Assembly: GCA_033764315.1 (NCBI GenBank)
Contig: JANRJA010000077.1
Coordinates: 64,001-128,000 of the forward strand
From: Oculatellaceae cyanobacterium bins.114
Lineage (GTDB): Bacteria; Cyanobacteriota; Cyanobacteriia; Elainellales; Elainellaceae
Length of the DNA: 64,000 nt
Direction: 5' to 3'
The first letter of the stretch is position 1; each line of letters starts with the position of its first letter. Under the pieces are notes generated by a model. The model did not search any database, was not told the origin of the DNA, and was given only the letters and a program-made list of their open reading frames with translations. Made by a program: the position numbers and the translations under genes. Shown piece by piece: positions 20,138-31,023 of this stretch.

Positions 20138-21505
20138 GTGACTCAGAACCCACGCCAATCTGCCTTTTTAGCCCTTCGAGCTGTGCACCGAGGGGCATTT
20201 GTAGATGTAGCTCTTGACCGAGTGCTACAGCAGAATGCATTGACTGAACTCGATCGTGGTTTATTCACCGAATTAGTGTATGGCTGTGTCAGACAGCAGC
20301 GATCGCTAGATGCTCTGATCGACCAACTCGCCACCAAAAAGGCTCACCAACAACCACCCGATCTCAGGCTAATTTTGCAGATTGGCTTGTATCAACTGCG
20401 CTATTTGCACCATATTCCGGCCTCAGCCGCTGTGAATACGACGGTTGAGTTAGCCAAAACAAACGGATTGCAGGGGCTAACAGGGTTTGTCAATGGGGTG
20501 CTGCGGCAATATGTTCGATTAGCAGCACAAGACGGGTTGCAAGGGGTTGATCCGCTGACCTTGCCTGACGATCCGGTTGTGGCTCTAGGGATGCAATATA
20601 GTTACCCAGATTGGATGGTGCGGGTGTGGTTAGAGCAATTTGGTTGGGCAGAGACAACGGCATTGTGCCAAGCATTAAATCAAACCCCGCATATTGACTT
20701 GCGGGTCAATCAGTTGCGTAGCTCGGTAGAGACAGTAGAGACAGCCATGCAGGAAGCGGGCATTGCGATCGCCCCTTTTCCTCCTCTACCCCATGCGTTA
20801 CGGCTACTCAAGCCTGTGGGTTCCATTCGTCATCTCCCTGGCTTTGAGCAGGGGTGGTGGGTGGTGCAAGATGCCAGTGCTCAACTGGTTAGCCATTTGC
20901 TCGACCCGCAACCTGGAGAAACGGTGATTGACGCTTGTGCGGCACCTGGCGGCAAAACCACTCATATAGCAGAGCTAATGGGCGATCGCGGTGTGATTTG
21001 GGCGTGCGATCGCACAGCTTCTCGGCTCAAACGTTTGCAAGAAAATGTGCAGCGGTTGGGGTTAACCTCAATTCAAACCTGTGCCGAAGATAGCCGCCAC
21101 ATTACCCGATTGGCTAACCAAGCTGATCGCGTGCTAATTGATGCGCCTTGCTCTGGGTTGGGTACTCTGCACCGTCACGCTGATGCTCGTTGGCGACAAA
21201 CCCCCGACTCGGTTTTAGAGCTTGTCCAACTGCAAACCGAGTTGTTGGCTCAAGCGGCGACCTGGGTCAAACCAGGGGGTGTGTTGGTGTACTCGACCTG
21301 CACTTTACATCCGCTAGAAAATGAGGCGATCGCCCAGAATTTTTTGGCGACCCATCCAGATTGGCAAATTGATCCACCTCGACTAGACCATCCTGCTGCA
21401 TTGTTTGTCACTCCACCCGGTTGGATCAAAGTGCTGCCCCACCACCATCAAATGGATGGCTTTTTTATGGTGCGTCTACGGCGATCGCATGGACTGCCCA
21501 ATTGA
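20138..21505 (+). CDS. rsmB: 16S rRNA m5C967 methyltransferase RsmB/Sun
   Basis: NusB-like N-terminus, QDASAQ, DACAAPGGKT, DAPCSGLG, YSTCT, DGFF. Confidence 0.95.
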   Translation: MTQNPRQSAFLALRAVHRGAFVDVALDRVLQQNALTELDRGLFTELVYGCVRQQRSLDALIDQLATKKAHQQPPDLRLILQIGLYQLRYLHHIPASAAVNTTVELAKTNGLQGLTGFVNGVLRQYVRLAAQDGLQGVDPLTLPDDPVVALGMQYSYPDWMVRVWLEQFGWAETTALCQALNQTPHIDLRVNQLRSSVETVETAMQEAGIAIAPFPPLPHALRLLKPVGSIRHLPGFEQGWWVVQDASAQLVSHLLDPQPGETVIDACAAPGGKTTHIAELMGDRGVIWACDRTASRLKRLQENVQRLGLTSIQTCAEDSRHITRLANQADRVLIDAPCSGLGTLHRHADARWRQTPDSVLELVQLQTELLAQAATWVKPGGVLVYSTCTLHPLENEAIAQNFLATHPDWQIDPPRLDHPAALFVTPPGWIKVLPHHHQMDGFFMVRLRRSHGLPN

Positions 21506-21649
21506 ATCGTTTGAGGGTGGTATAAAGGGCAGTTTTGAGGGCTTGACGGCTACAGGATTGGCTTAGTTTAGAAGAAATGGTCAATAATCAATGGGTGACA
21601 AAAATTGACGATTGACCATTATTGAACAGAACCATTGTTAAACAGAGGT

Positions 21650-21859
21650 CTAGTTTCCTGGAACTTCATCATCTACTTCTGGAACGATATCAGGACGTTC
21701 TTTGTCTTCCCATCCGGGAGGACGCTTAGAGTTATACCAGGCGATCGAACCAATGCTAACAGCCGCAATAAAACCGACAACATACACTAGCGTAAAAGAA
21801 ATGGGAAAATGACCACCAGCATTGTCTAGACCAGCAGCAGCTTCCATTAAGGTCATCAT
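21650..21859 (-). CDS. psb35: Small single-TM thylakoid protein, Psb35-like
   Basis: GFIAAVSIGSIAWYNSKRPPGWEDKERP, recalled as the Psb35 family signature. Confidence 0.7.
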   Translation of the reverse strand: MMTLMEAAAGLDNAGGHFPISFTLVYVVGFIAAVSIGSIAWYNSKRPPGWEDKERPDIVPEVDDEVPGN

Positions 21860-21944
21860 GTGTAATTAACTCCTAATACAAAGACTAATTCAAACTATAA
21901 ATCAGACTATAAAGAGAACTTAGGGTAAAGCATCCTTCTTAAGT

Positions 21945-22649
21945 ATGTCAGTTTCTTCGTCAGCAAAATTTTCTGCTCTGATTCAACCCCTCCACCAGGG
22001 ATTGATCGTCTCCTGTCAGGCTCCGGTTGACTCTCCATTACACGACCCCTCAGTGATTGCGGCGATCGCCCAAGCCTCAGTTAATCAAGGAGCCATTGGA
22101 GTCCGAATTGATACCCCAGCCCACATTCAAGCGGTGCGATCGCGCATTACCGTTCCTATCATCGGGTTATGGAAGCAACAAATCCCAGGTTATAGCGTTT
22201 ACATCACTCCTCGGTTTGAGCACGCCCAAGCAGTCGCTGTCGCTGGGGCAGACATCATTGCGATTGATGCCACTGTGCGATCGCGCCCAGGTCAGGAAAC
22301 CGTTGCGACTCTGATTGAGCAAATTCACACCCAACTCGATAAGCCTGTGATGGCGGATGTCGATACCTTAGCGGGGGCGATCGCTGCGGCTGAGGCAGGA
22401 GCCGACATTGTCGGCACAACCCTCTATGGATATACCGACGCCACTCGCCAATATAAGCCACCCGGATTTGACCTGCTCAGTCAATTGGTGCAACACCTTA
22501 CCATCCCGATCATTTGCGAAGGTGGCATCGCGTCGCCACAAATGGCTCGACAAGCACTCAAACTAGGAGCTTACGCCGTAGTTGTAGGAACGGCAATTAC
22601 TGGAATCGACCTGTTAGTACAGCAATACCTGACAGGCATGAAAGAGTGA
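21945..22649 (+). CDS. nanE: N-acetylmannosamine-6-phosphate 2-epimerase
   Basis: LIVSCQA, PIIGLWK, VYITP, GTTLYGYT, EGGI, VVVGTAIT. Confidence 0.93.
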   Translation: MSVSSSAKFSALIQPLHQGLIVSCQAPVDSPLHDPSVIAAIAQASVNQGAIGVRIDTPAHIQAVRSRITVPIIGLWKQQIPGYSVYITPRFEHAQAVAVAGADIIAIDATVRSRPGQETVATLIEQIHTQLDKPVMADVDTLAGAIAAAEAGADIVGTTLYGYTDATRQYKPPGFDLLSQLVQHLTIPIICEGGIASPQMARQALKLGAYAVVVGTAITGIDLLVQQYLTGMKE

Positions 22650-23093
22650 TGAGAGGATGAGGAATTCAAGGAAATTACGATACAGAGGGTAAAAGGAATC
22701 TCCAACCTCAGCCTTGCCTCCTCCCATTCACCTATTTCTAAACTCACCACTCAACCACTGACCATCCCTATTCTGTAATTTTTATGAAGGACTAGCCTGT
22801 AACTCTACGGAGCATATCGAGAAAGGCTACTACCTCTGGTTAAGGAGGGCTTGAAGGCCAAAGCCATTATCTAAAACCCTCTATAGCCCAAACTATAAAA
22901 ATAAGGATGAGGGGCTTAACCCCTTTTTTAGTCATTTTTAATACTTTATTTCTTTATAAAACTAAATTTCGTGCCTTGAATGGCAATGATTCTTAATCAA
23001 ACCAGCGTTGGGTTCATCTTGCGAAGGGCTGAAATTGAGGGAACTATACAGATATAGATTTTGTGTGTCTTAAATAACACTTTAACTTTAGTC

Positions 23094-26003
23094 ATGTCTT
23101 ATTACCCCATACGAGTCCTCGTCATTGAAGATGATGAGGACGATTACATCATTACTAAAGGGTTATTTGCTGAGATCGAACCTAATCGGTTCAGTTTAGA
23201 TTGGGTAAATACCTACGATGTCGCTTTAGAAGCGATCATCAACAATCAACATGATGTTTATTTGGTCGATTACCGTTTGGGGGCTAAAAATGGGCTAGAG
23301 CTAATTCAAACTGCGATCGCCTCAGGATGCAAAGCACCTATGATCTTGGTGACAGGTCAAGGAGATCATGATGTAGATATCGCAGCTATGAAGGCTGGCG
23401 TTGCCGATTATTTAGTCAAAGGACAAATCGATGCTTTATTGCTAGAGCGGTCAATTCGGTATGCCATTGAGCGCAAACGAACCCTAGAAGACCTGCGACA
23501 AGCCCTGAGAGACAATGACCAACTAGCACTGGCAATCGAGAATGTCACAACAGGGGTGGTCATTACAGCCCCTCATTTGCCTGGTAATCCAGTGATTTTT
23601 GTCAATCCTGCTTTTACAGCCATTACAGGTTTTAATCCCGAAGACATCATGGGAGAAAACTGTCGTTTGTTGCAAGGGCCTGACACCGATGTAAACGCGA
23701 TCAAGGAGATTCAACAGGCGATCGCCAACCGACAACCCATTACCTGCACGTTGCTCAACTATCGCAAAGATGGGACTCCCTTTTGGAATGAGTTGCAGAT
23801 TAACCCCGTCTTTGATGCTCAAGGTCAGTTGACCAGTTTCATTGGCTTACAAAATGATGTCACAGCCCGCAAACAAGCAGAAGATGCGTTAGATCGGCTC
23901 CGTCATTTGCATGAGCTAATTCTCAACTCGGCAGGGGAAGGCATTTACGGGTTAGATCTGAACGGCAATGGCATTTTCTTTAATCCTGCGGCGGCTCGCA
24001 TGTTGGGGTGGGAGGTCAATGAGTTAATTGGTAAACCAATTGACGCCATCTTGCATCACTCCAACCGAGATATTCCTCCTCCACAAGTGGCTTGCTTGAT
24101 TGAATTAACCCTGCGAGATGGCCTGGTGCACCATGTCGATGATGATGTGTTTTGGCGTAAAGATGGCACTTGCTTTTCGGTAGAGTACATCAGCACCCCC
24201 ATCTGGGAAAACGACCAACTAGTCGGGACGGTTGTGACCTTTCAAGATATTACCGAGCGCAAATGCTCAGAAGAGGCATTGCGAGAGAGTGAAGAACGCT
24301 ATGCTCTGGCAGTGCAAGGGGCAAATGATGGCATTTGGGATTGGAATCTTAGAACGGGAAATTTCTATTTTTCACCCCGTTGGAAAGCCATGTTGGGCTA
24401 TGGAGAGAGTGAAATTGGCGCGACCCAAACCGAGTGGTTTAGCCGAATTCATGTTGACGATTACTCGCGAGTTGAACGAGAAATCAAGGCACATCTCGAA
24501 GGGTTGACCCCTCATTTTGAGAATGAACATCGCATGCTGCATCGAGATGGCACCTATCGCTGGATGTTAAGCCGTGGCTTGGCAGTTCGGGATGCGGAGG
24601 GGCATGTCTCTCGCATTGCTGGCTCTCAAACCGATATCACAGCCCATAAACAGGCTGAGCAACGATTGTTACACAACGCCCTTTATGACGCTCTGACTGA
24701 TCTACCCAATCGGGCTTTGTTAATGGAGCGGTTGCATCATGTGGTGCAATGGGCACAACGGCATCACGATTACAGTTTTGCAGTTTTGTTTTTAGATCTC
24801 GATCGCTTTAAGGTGATTAACGATAGTTTGGGGCATATGATGGGCGATCGCCTCTTGATTGCGATCTCTCGTCGTCTGTCCAATTGCCTGCGCCCCGGTG
24901 ATACCATTGCCCGTCTCGGTGGAGATGAGTTTGTAATCTTGCTAGAGGGCATTCAAGACACCAAAGACGTCACCTCAGTCGCCGATCGCATTCAACACGA
25001 GTTAGCTCAACCGTTTAATCTAGAGGGACACGACATCTATACCAGTGCCAGCATTGGCATTGCCCTCAGCACCACCGATTATGAGTCTGCGGTCAGTTTG
25101 CTGCGCGATGCTGATACGGCTATGTATCGAGCCAAGGCGATGGGCAAATCTCGGTATGAAATCTTTGATCGGGGGATGCACGTTTGTGCCGTTGCTTTGT
25201 TGCAACTTGAGACAGACTTGAGACGGGCGATCGATCGCAAAGAATTGCAGATTCACTATCAACCCATCGTCTCACTCAAAAATTGCCGAGTTGTTGGGTT
25301 TGAGGCTTTGTTACGCTGGCATCATCCCGAAAGAGGCATGATTTCTCCAGCAGAATTTGTGCCCATTGCCGAAGAAATGGGATTGATTGTGCCGATGGGG
25401 TTATGGGTGCTCCAAGAAGCCTGTGCTCAAATGCGAGAGTGGCACTTGCGGTTTCCTGATCAATTGCCTCTAACAGTGAGTGTCAACCTGTCAGGCAAAC
25501 AGTTTGCCCCTGAGTTGATTCATCAAATTAACCAGATCTTGCGGCACACTCAACTGGGGGCACAATACCTGCGATTAGAGATCACCGAAAGTGTGTTAAT
25601 GGAGAACACTGACTCAGCCGCCATGATGTTGTCAGAATTGCAAGCAATGGGCATTCGATTATCGATGGATGATTTTGGCACAGGATATTCCTCATTGAGT
25701 TACCTGCATCGCTTCCCAGTAGACACCTTGAAAATCGACCGCTCTTTTATTAACAAAATCGATCGCGATGGAGAGCAGTTGGCAATTGTTAGAACAATTA
25801 TGACGCTTGCCTGGAACCTGGGTATGGACGTGATTGCAGAGGGCATAGAAACCCTAATGCAGCTTGCCCAACTGCGTTCTCTAAAATGTGAGTATGGGCA
25901 GGGTTATTTCTTCTCAAAACCTCTAGACAGCGAAGCGGCTGAACGGTTGATTGCGAAAGAACCTGTTTGGAGTAGTCCTCATAATGTTGCGTCCTCGCAA
26001 TGA
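23094..26003 (+). CDS. REC-LOV-PAS-PAS-GGDEF-EAL protein
   Basis: Receiver (IEDDEDD, DYRL), LOV motif GENCRLLQG (23652-23678) with NYRKDG..FWN and FIGLQ, intact GGDEF, EALLRW, DDFGTGYSS. Confidence 0.93.
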   Translation: MSYYPIRVLVIEDDEDDYIITKGLFAEIEPNRFSLDWVNTYDVALEAIINNQHDVYLVDYRLGAKNGLELIQTAIASGCKAPMILVTGQGDHDVDIAAMKAGVADYLVKGQIDALLLERSIRYAIERKRTLEDLRQALRDNDQLALAIENVTTGVVITAPHLPGNPVIFVNPAFTAITGFNPEDIMGENCRLLQGPDTDVNAIKEIQQAIANRQPITCTLLNYRKDGTPFWNELQINPVFDAQGQLTSFIGLQNDVTARKQAEDALDRLRHLHELILNSAGEGIYGLDLNGNGIFFNPAAARMLGWEVNELIGKPIDAILHHSNRDIPPPQVACLIELTLRDGLVHHVDDDVFWRKDGTCFSVEYISTPIWENDQLVGTVVTFQDITERKCSEEALRESEERYALAVQGANDGIWDWNLRTGNFYFSPRWKAMLGYGESEIGATQTEWFSRIHVDDYSRVEREIKAHLEGLTPHFENEHRMLHRDGTYRWMLSRGLAVRDAEGHVSRIAGSQTDITAHKQAEQRLLHNALYDALTDLPNRALLMERLHHVVQWAQRHHDYSFAVLFLDLDRFKVINDSLGHMMGDRLLIAISRRLSNCLRPGDTIARLGGDEFVILLEGIQDTKDVTSVADRIQHELAQPFNLEGHDIYTSASIGIALSTTDYESAVSLLRDADTAMYRAKAMGKSRYEIFDRGMHVCAVALLQLETDLRRAIDRKELQIHYQPIVSLKNCRVVGFEALLRWHHPERGMISPAEFVPIAEEMGLIVPMGLWVLQEACAQMREWHLRFPDQLPLTVSVNLSGKQFAPELIHQINQILRHTQLGAQYLRLEITESVLMENTDSAAMMLSELQAMGIRLSMDDFGTGYSSLSYLHRFPVDTLKIDRSFINKIDRDGEQLAIVRTIMTLAWNLGMDVIAEGIETLMQLAQLRSLKCEYGQGYFFSKPLDSEAAERLIAKEPVWSSPHNVASSQ

Positions 26004-27895
26004 ACAACTTGCAAGTCTATGCAGATTTAGTTGAGCAGATGCCAGTAGGCTTGATCGTCTGGCATTTGGAGGATCTTGAAGATCCAAGTACCTTTCAACT
26101 GCTTGAGATTAATGCTCTGGCAAGAGAGATATTGGGGCTGCCGCAGCAAGGAGAGTTGCAGCTAGGTTATGACCCATTTCCGGCATTTCTCAAAATTGAG
26201 ATGCCAGAGGTCTATGCTGAGGTGGTTCGTTCGGCAGTGACTCGTGATTTAGGAGAATTGCGGTATCGCGATCGCCACCAAGGTGAACGAATTTATTCAG
26301 GCAAAGCTTTTCCACTATCACAGCAGCGGTTAGGGGTCATGTTTGAAGATGTCAGCGATCGCGTTCACGCAGAACAACGATTGCGGCAATCTGAACAGCG
26401 GTTATCGTTTCACGTTCAACAAACTCCATTGGCCTTTATTGAGTGCAATATATACGGTGAAATTGTGGAGTGGAACCCAGCCGCAGAGAGGATTTTTGGG
26501 TACAGCCGACAAGAGGCGATCGGGCAGCGCATCCTGGATTTGATCGTGCCACCTGAGGCACATGCCCAGCTTGAGAGAGTCTGGTATGGCTTGATTAAGC
26601 AGTTGGGTGGAAGTCGGAGCACAAATCCCAGTATCACCAAAGATGGTAAACAGATCATCTGCGAGTGGTACAACACACTCTTAATTGCTGAAGATGGTGA
26701 GGTGATTGGCATTGCATCTTTAGCAGAAGATATTACGGCTCGACGCAGAACTGAAACTGCTTTGCAACAGAGTGAGCAGTTTCTTCGTAGCATTTATGAG
26801 GGGATTGCAGGCTCCATTTTTGTTGTCGATGTTCCAAGCAATGGAGACTTTCGCTTTGTAGGTATGAATCCTGCCCATGAGCGGCTCACAGGCATCTCCT
26901 TAACAACATTGCTGGGTAAAACTCCAGAAGATGTGTTTCCCCCAACCGCTGCGATCGCCGTTCGACAGCGATATCAAGACTGTGTCACTCTTGGTAAAGC
27001 TATCACCTATGAAGAATGCCTCCCCTTTGAGGGAGTAGACACTTGGTGGATTACTAAGTTGACTCCTCTCCAGGACGACCAATCACGGATTTATCGTTTG
27101 ATTGGTACGAGTCTCAACATCACAGACCGCAAACGTATTGAATTGGAACTGAGGCAGTTAACGTTGCGCCTAGAAGCCAGCAATCGTGAATTGCAGGATT
27201 TTGCCTCTGTTGCTTCCCATGATCTGCAGGAACCGCTCCGCAAAATTCAAGCTTTTGGCGATCGCCTCAGAGCTAAATATGCAGAGGTCTTAACCGACGA
27301 AGGACAGGATTATTTGCAACGCATGCAAAACGCAGCTAAACGGATGCAAACCTTGATTAATGACCTACTCACGTTTTCTCGCGTCACCACAAAAGCTCAA
27401 CCCTTCATGCCAGTTAACTTGACAGCTATTGTACGAGATGTCTTGTGTGATCTAGAGATCCAAATTCAGCGCGTGGGAGCACGACTAGAGTTAGGCGACT
27501 TACCTACGATTGACGCAGATCCACTACAAATGCGGCAGTTGTTTCAAAATCTGATTAGTAATGCCCTCAAGTTTCACGGTCAGGCATCTCCCATCGTGCA
27601 GATCAACGCTCAGATCCAACCTATGAATTCTGATCGACCCTTCTCACAAGGCACTCAACATCAATGTGAAATTACAGTTTCAGACAATGGAATTGGTTTT
27701 GACGAAAAATATCTCGATCGCATTTTTACCGTGTTTCAACGACTCCATAACCACAGTGAATATGAAGGGACTGGAGTTGGTTTAGCCATTTGCCGTAAGA
27801 TTGTGGAGCGGCACGGAGGGCAGATTCAAGCCCACAGTGCCCCTGGACAGGGAGCCGCATTTGTGGTGACATTACCCGTACACAACACAAGGTGA
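26000..27895 (+). CDS. PAS-domain histidine kinase with Cph1-type transmitter
   Basis: ASHDLQEPLRKI, NLISNALKF, DNGIG, FQRLH...GTGVGLAIC. Start overlaps the upstream stop (ATGA). Confidence 0.93.
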   Translation: MNNLQVYADLVEQMPVGLIVWHLEDLEDPSTFQLLEINALAREILGLPQQGELQLGYDPFPAFLKIEMPEVYAEVVRSAVTRDLGELRYRDRHQGERIYSGKAFPLSQQRLGVMFEDVSDRVHAEQRLRQSEQRLSFHVQQTPLAFIECNIYGEIVEWNPAAERIFGYSRQEAIGQRILDLIVPPEAHAQLERVWYGLIKQLGGSRSTNPSITKDGKQIICEWYNTLLIAEDGEVIGIASLAEDITARRRTETALQQSEQFLRSIYEGIAGSIFVVDVPSNGDFRFVGMNPAHERLTGISLTTLLGKTPEDVFPPTAAIAVRQRYQDCVTLGKAITYEECLPFEGVDTWWITKLTPLQDDQSRIYRLIGTSLNITDRKRIELELRQLTLRLEASNRELQDFASVASHDLQEPLRKIQAFGDRLRAKYAEVLTDEGQDYLQRMQNAAKRMQTLINDLLTFSRVTTKAQPFMPVNLTAIVRDVLCDLEIQIQRVGARLELGDLPTIDADPLQMRQLFQNLISNALKFHGQASPIVQINAQIQPMNSDRPFSQGTQHQCEITVSDNGIGFDEKYLDRIFTVFQRLHNHSEYEGTGVGLAICRKIVERHGGQIQAHSAPGQGAAFVVTLPVHNTR

Positions 27896-27899
27896 ATTC

Positions 27900-28370
27900 G
27901 TGGAGAACAAACGCCGTCGCTCTATTGTGATCTTGATGGCAGACGATGATGAAGACGATCGCATGCTGGCAAGCGAGGCATTGGCAGAGTGCCGTCTGAT
28001 GAATAATCTCTACTTTGTTACTGACGGTGAAGAGTTGATGGACTATCTGCATCAACAAGGACGCTATGCTCAACCTGGAAGTGCCCCTCGACCTGGGCTG
28101 ATTTTGTTGGATTTAAACATGCCCCGCAAAGATGGACGGGAGGCATTGAAAGAAATCAAAGCATCTCCAGAGTTGCGTCACATTCCAATTGTGGTACTAA
28201 CGACTTCAAAAACTGAGGAAGATATTTATCGCAGCTACAACTTGGGTGCTAGTTCATACATCACCAAACCTGTGACATTTGAGTCACTCGTTGATGTCAT
28301 GAAAGCGATCGGTCAATATTGGTTTGAGATTGTAGAATTACCCCCAGATGATAGCAATAATCCAAACTAA
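27900..28370 (+). CDS. Single-domain response regulator, Rcp1-like
   Basis: ADDDEDD, LLDLNMPRKDGRE, LTTS, YITKP, YWFEIVELP. Confidence 0.92.
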   Translation: MENKRRRSIVILMADDDEDDRMLASEALAECRLMNNLYFVTDGEELMDYLHQQGRYAQPGSAPRPGLILLDLNMPRKDGREALKEIKASPELRHIPIVVLTTSKTEEDIYRSYNLGASSYITKPVTFESLVDVMKAIGQYWFEIVELPPDDSNNPN

Positions 28371-28587
28371 AATCGTGTTCTAAAAGTCATGTTTCTGGCT
28401 TGAGTATATGCAGCATATACGGGTTTTATAAAGCTATAGCTATAGTCTGTTCAATTAGATCCTGCTTACGGATGTCTAACCAGAGAGACGCAATTAATCG
28501 CGTCTGTTCTATTGATGGTTTGCCAATGAGGAAGGGGCAAAAGAATGGAAACCCTTTCACCCCTATTTATCTCTCTATTGTTCTTAA

Positions 28588-29043
28588 TTAAGGCGTAGTT
28601 TGAGGAGTGCCACCACAGTAGGTATTCACCTCATTTACCAACGGAGTTTCTTGATCGGTCGCGGTTTGCAAAGCAGTATAAGCCGCTTCAGCCCCCTGAC
28701 TATTGTTTGCATTGACAGCCGTAACCAAGTCACGGGTGGCTTTGCTAGTATCAGCATACATGGCAACAAACCGTTGTTTAAAGGTTTGGAGTGACTCATC
28801 AGACACTTCTAAAGCCTCCATAGAAGCTTTGGCCTGGTCTGCTGTCTCCGCAATTTGTGTCATTGCATTTACATCTTGAGGATTGGCACTAGCAGTGATG
28901 GCTTGAACATCTGACACTGCTTTATTAGCAACCTCAATCAGCTTATTGCATTGGGAGACCTTACTTTCACCACAACTTGCTGCTAAGACACTTAAGGCAG
29001 CAAGCACCGAGATAACGATCCCACGCTTACGAAAAGAAGGCAT
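28588..29043 (-). CDS. Putative lipoprotein
   Basis: Basic-hydrophobic signal ending in lipobox LAASC; helical body with two further Cys. Confidence 0.75.
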   Translation of the reverse strand: MPSFRKRGIVISVLAALSVLAASCGESKVSQCNKLIEVANKAVSDVQAITASANPQDVNAMTQIAETADQAKASMEALEVSDESLQTFKQRFVAMYADTSKATRDLVTAVNANNSQGAEAAYTALQTATDQETPLVNEVNTYCGGTPQTTP

Positions 29044-29088
29044 TCACATTCTCCTACAGTGATTACGTTGCTCTGCTGATCAGGGCAA

Positions 29089-29565
29089 TTAGGCATCTGT
29101 CGGATTGAGGCGCATCATCTCCCAGGTTGTATAGGTGCCAATCGGACTCCATAGCAAATAGGGAATCAAGAGTGCAGCCGCCCATCCAGACAGTGGCCAG
29201 ACTGTTGCAGCAAGCAATAGTGCCAAGATAGCACCCGCACCGCCAATGATTACACCAACTTTGAGACTCCGCAATGCAAGCATGACCGTATTGTAGGAAA
29301 GCGTTACAACTTCTAACAGGATGTAAAGCCCCATAAAAACCCATGTTTTAGGTGTACCTGGGGCTTGTTCCCAGGTGAGATAAGCCGACCATCCGGTGCA
29401 AATAAAAACGACCGTCCAAATAACGGGAATGGCTTTCTCAAAGGTTAACCAGCGAGGTCGCCGTAAGCGGCTAAACCATTTGATCCCTTTTGGTTCTAAG
29501 AAAACGTTACTAAGAATCGCCAGTGCGATCGCCACTCCTCCAATGACCATCCAAGATTTGATCAT
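29089..29565 (-). CDS. tspO: TspO/MBR tryptophan-rich sensory protein
   Basis: WFSRLRRPRW, IPVIWT, LLIPYLLW motifs; 5 TMs. Confidence 0.88.
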   Translation of the reverse strand: MIKSWMVIGGVAIALAILSNVFLEPKGIKWFSRLRRPRWLTFEKAIPVIWTVVFICTGWSAYLTWEQAPGTPKTWVFMGLYILLEVVTLSYNTVMLALRSLKVGVIIGGAGAILALLLAATVWPLSGWAAALLIPYLLWSPIGTYTTWEMMRLNPTDA

Positions 29566-29704
29566 GATTTTTCCTCAACTGCCAGGTGATGTGTGATTCC
29601 ACCCGCAGTGAAGACGGAACCAAAATAATCCTTGCAGATTGCACATGAGTTTGAATCAATCTCTAGAATGGAAGCGATTCATTACGTTTCTTTTTAACTC
29701 CTGA

Positions 29705-30967
29705 CTAGCCAAAAATATTGCCGAAAAAGTCGATCGCTTCTTTGAGGCTAGCGATAAAAGTGTCGATCTCATCGCGGGTGTTGTAGAAATACAAGCTGGC
29801 TCTGGCGGTGGATTGTGCTCCAAGATGACGGTGCAGAGGTTGGGTGCAATGGTGTCCTGCCCGAATAGCAATTCCGGCCTGATCCAGAATGGTGGAGAGG
29901 TCGTGAGGATGGACTGCCCCAGCGGTGAAGGAGGCAAGTGCTGCCCGTCCTTCGCCATTTGCATCGGGTCTGGGACCCAACAAACGCAATTCAGAAATCA
30001 GTTGTAGTTGTTGCCACAGATAGGCTGTTAACTCCGCCTCATAAGCGTGGATGGCGTCCATGCCAATATCACTGAGATAGCCAACCGCCGCACCCAGGGC
30101 GATCGCCTCAGCAATAGCGGGAGTGCCTGCCTCAAACTTGTGAGGCAGGTCAGCATAGGTAGCGTGGTCGAGAAAAACATCGGCAATCATCTCACCACCG
30201 CCCAAAAACGGAGGCATCGATCGCAGCACATCCAGCTTGCCATAGAGAAAGCCAATACCCGTCGGAGCACACATCTTGTGACCCGATGCGACTAGCCAAT
30301 CACAGGCGATCGCCTGCACATCGATTGGCATGTGAGGCACACTCTGACAAGCATCAATCAAGACTTTGGCTCCATAGTGATGGGCCAACGCAGTGATCTC
30401 TTGCACCGGATTGATGCAGCCTAAGGTATTTGATACGTGAACCACCGACACTAATTTAGTTTTGTCTGACAGCAGAGATTTGAAGTGGTCTAGATCAAAT
30501 TCTTGAGTCTCCGTTAACTCAACGAACTTCAACACCGCCCCTGTTCGCTGTGCCAGCATTTGCCAGGGAATCAAGTTGCTGTGGTGCTCCATCACCGACA
30601 AAATGATTTCATCCCCAACTTGCAAATTGCTCGTTCCCCAGGTATATGCAACTAAGTTGATTGCCTCAGAGGCATTGCGGGTGTAGACAATCTCATTGCG
30701 CGAGGCAGCGTTGACAAAGGCGGCCACCTTATCGCGTGCCCCTTCATAGGCATCGGTTGCTCGTGAACTCAGCGTGTGAACACCCCGATGCACATTGGCA
30801 TTGTCATGCTCGTAGTAATATTGCAACGCCTCAATCACAGCTTTGGGTTTTTGAGAAGATGCGGCGTTGTCAAAATAGATCAACGGTTTGCCATGAATTT
30901 GCTGATCCAAGATAGGAAAGTCAGCACGGAGTTTGGCAGCGAGGGTTCTTTCTTGAGCAAGAGTCAT
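29705..30967 (-). CDS. sufS: Cysteine desulfurase SufS
   Basis: [25 protein letters not shown]. Confidence 0.97.
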   Translation of the reverse strand: MTLAQERTLAAKLRADFPILDQQIHGKPLIYFDNAASSQKPKAVIEALQYYYEHDNANVHRGVHTLSSRATDAYEGARDKVAAFVNAASRNEIVYTRNASEAINLVAYTWGTSNLQVGDEIILSVMEHHSNLIPWQMLAQRTGAVLKFVELTETQEFDLDHFKSLLSDKTKLVSVVHVSNTLGCINPVQEITALAHHYGAKVLIDACQSVPHMPIDVQAIACDWLVASGHKMCAPTGIGFLYGKLDVLRSMPPFLGGGEMIADVFLDHATYADLPHKFEAGTPAIAEAIALGAAVGYLSDIGMDAIHAYEAELTAYLWQQLQLISELRLLGPRPDANGEGRAALASFTAGAVHPHDLSTILDQAGIAIRAGHHCTQPLHRHLGAQSTARASLYFYNTRDEIDTFIASLKEAIDFFGNIFG

Positions 30968-31023
30968 AGGAGCAAGGAGTTAAATGGGACGAGGGGCGAT
31001 CGACAAAGGAGTAACAAAAACCT

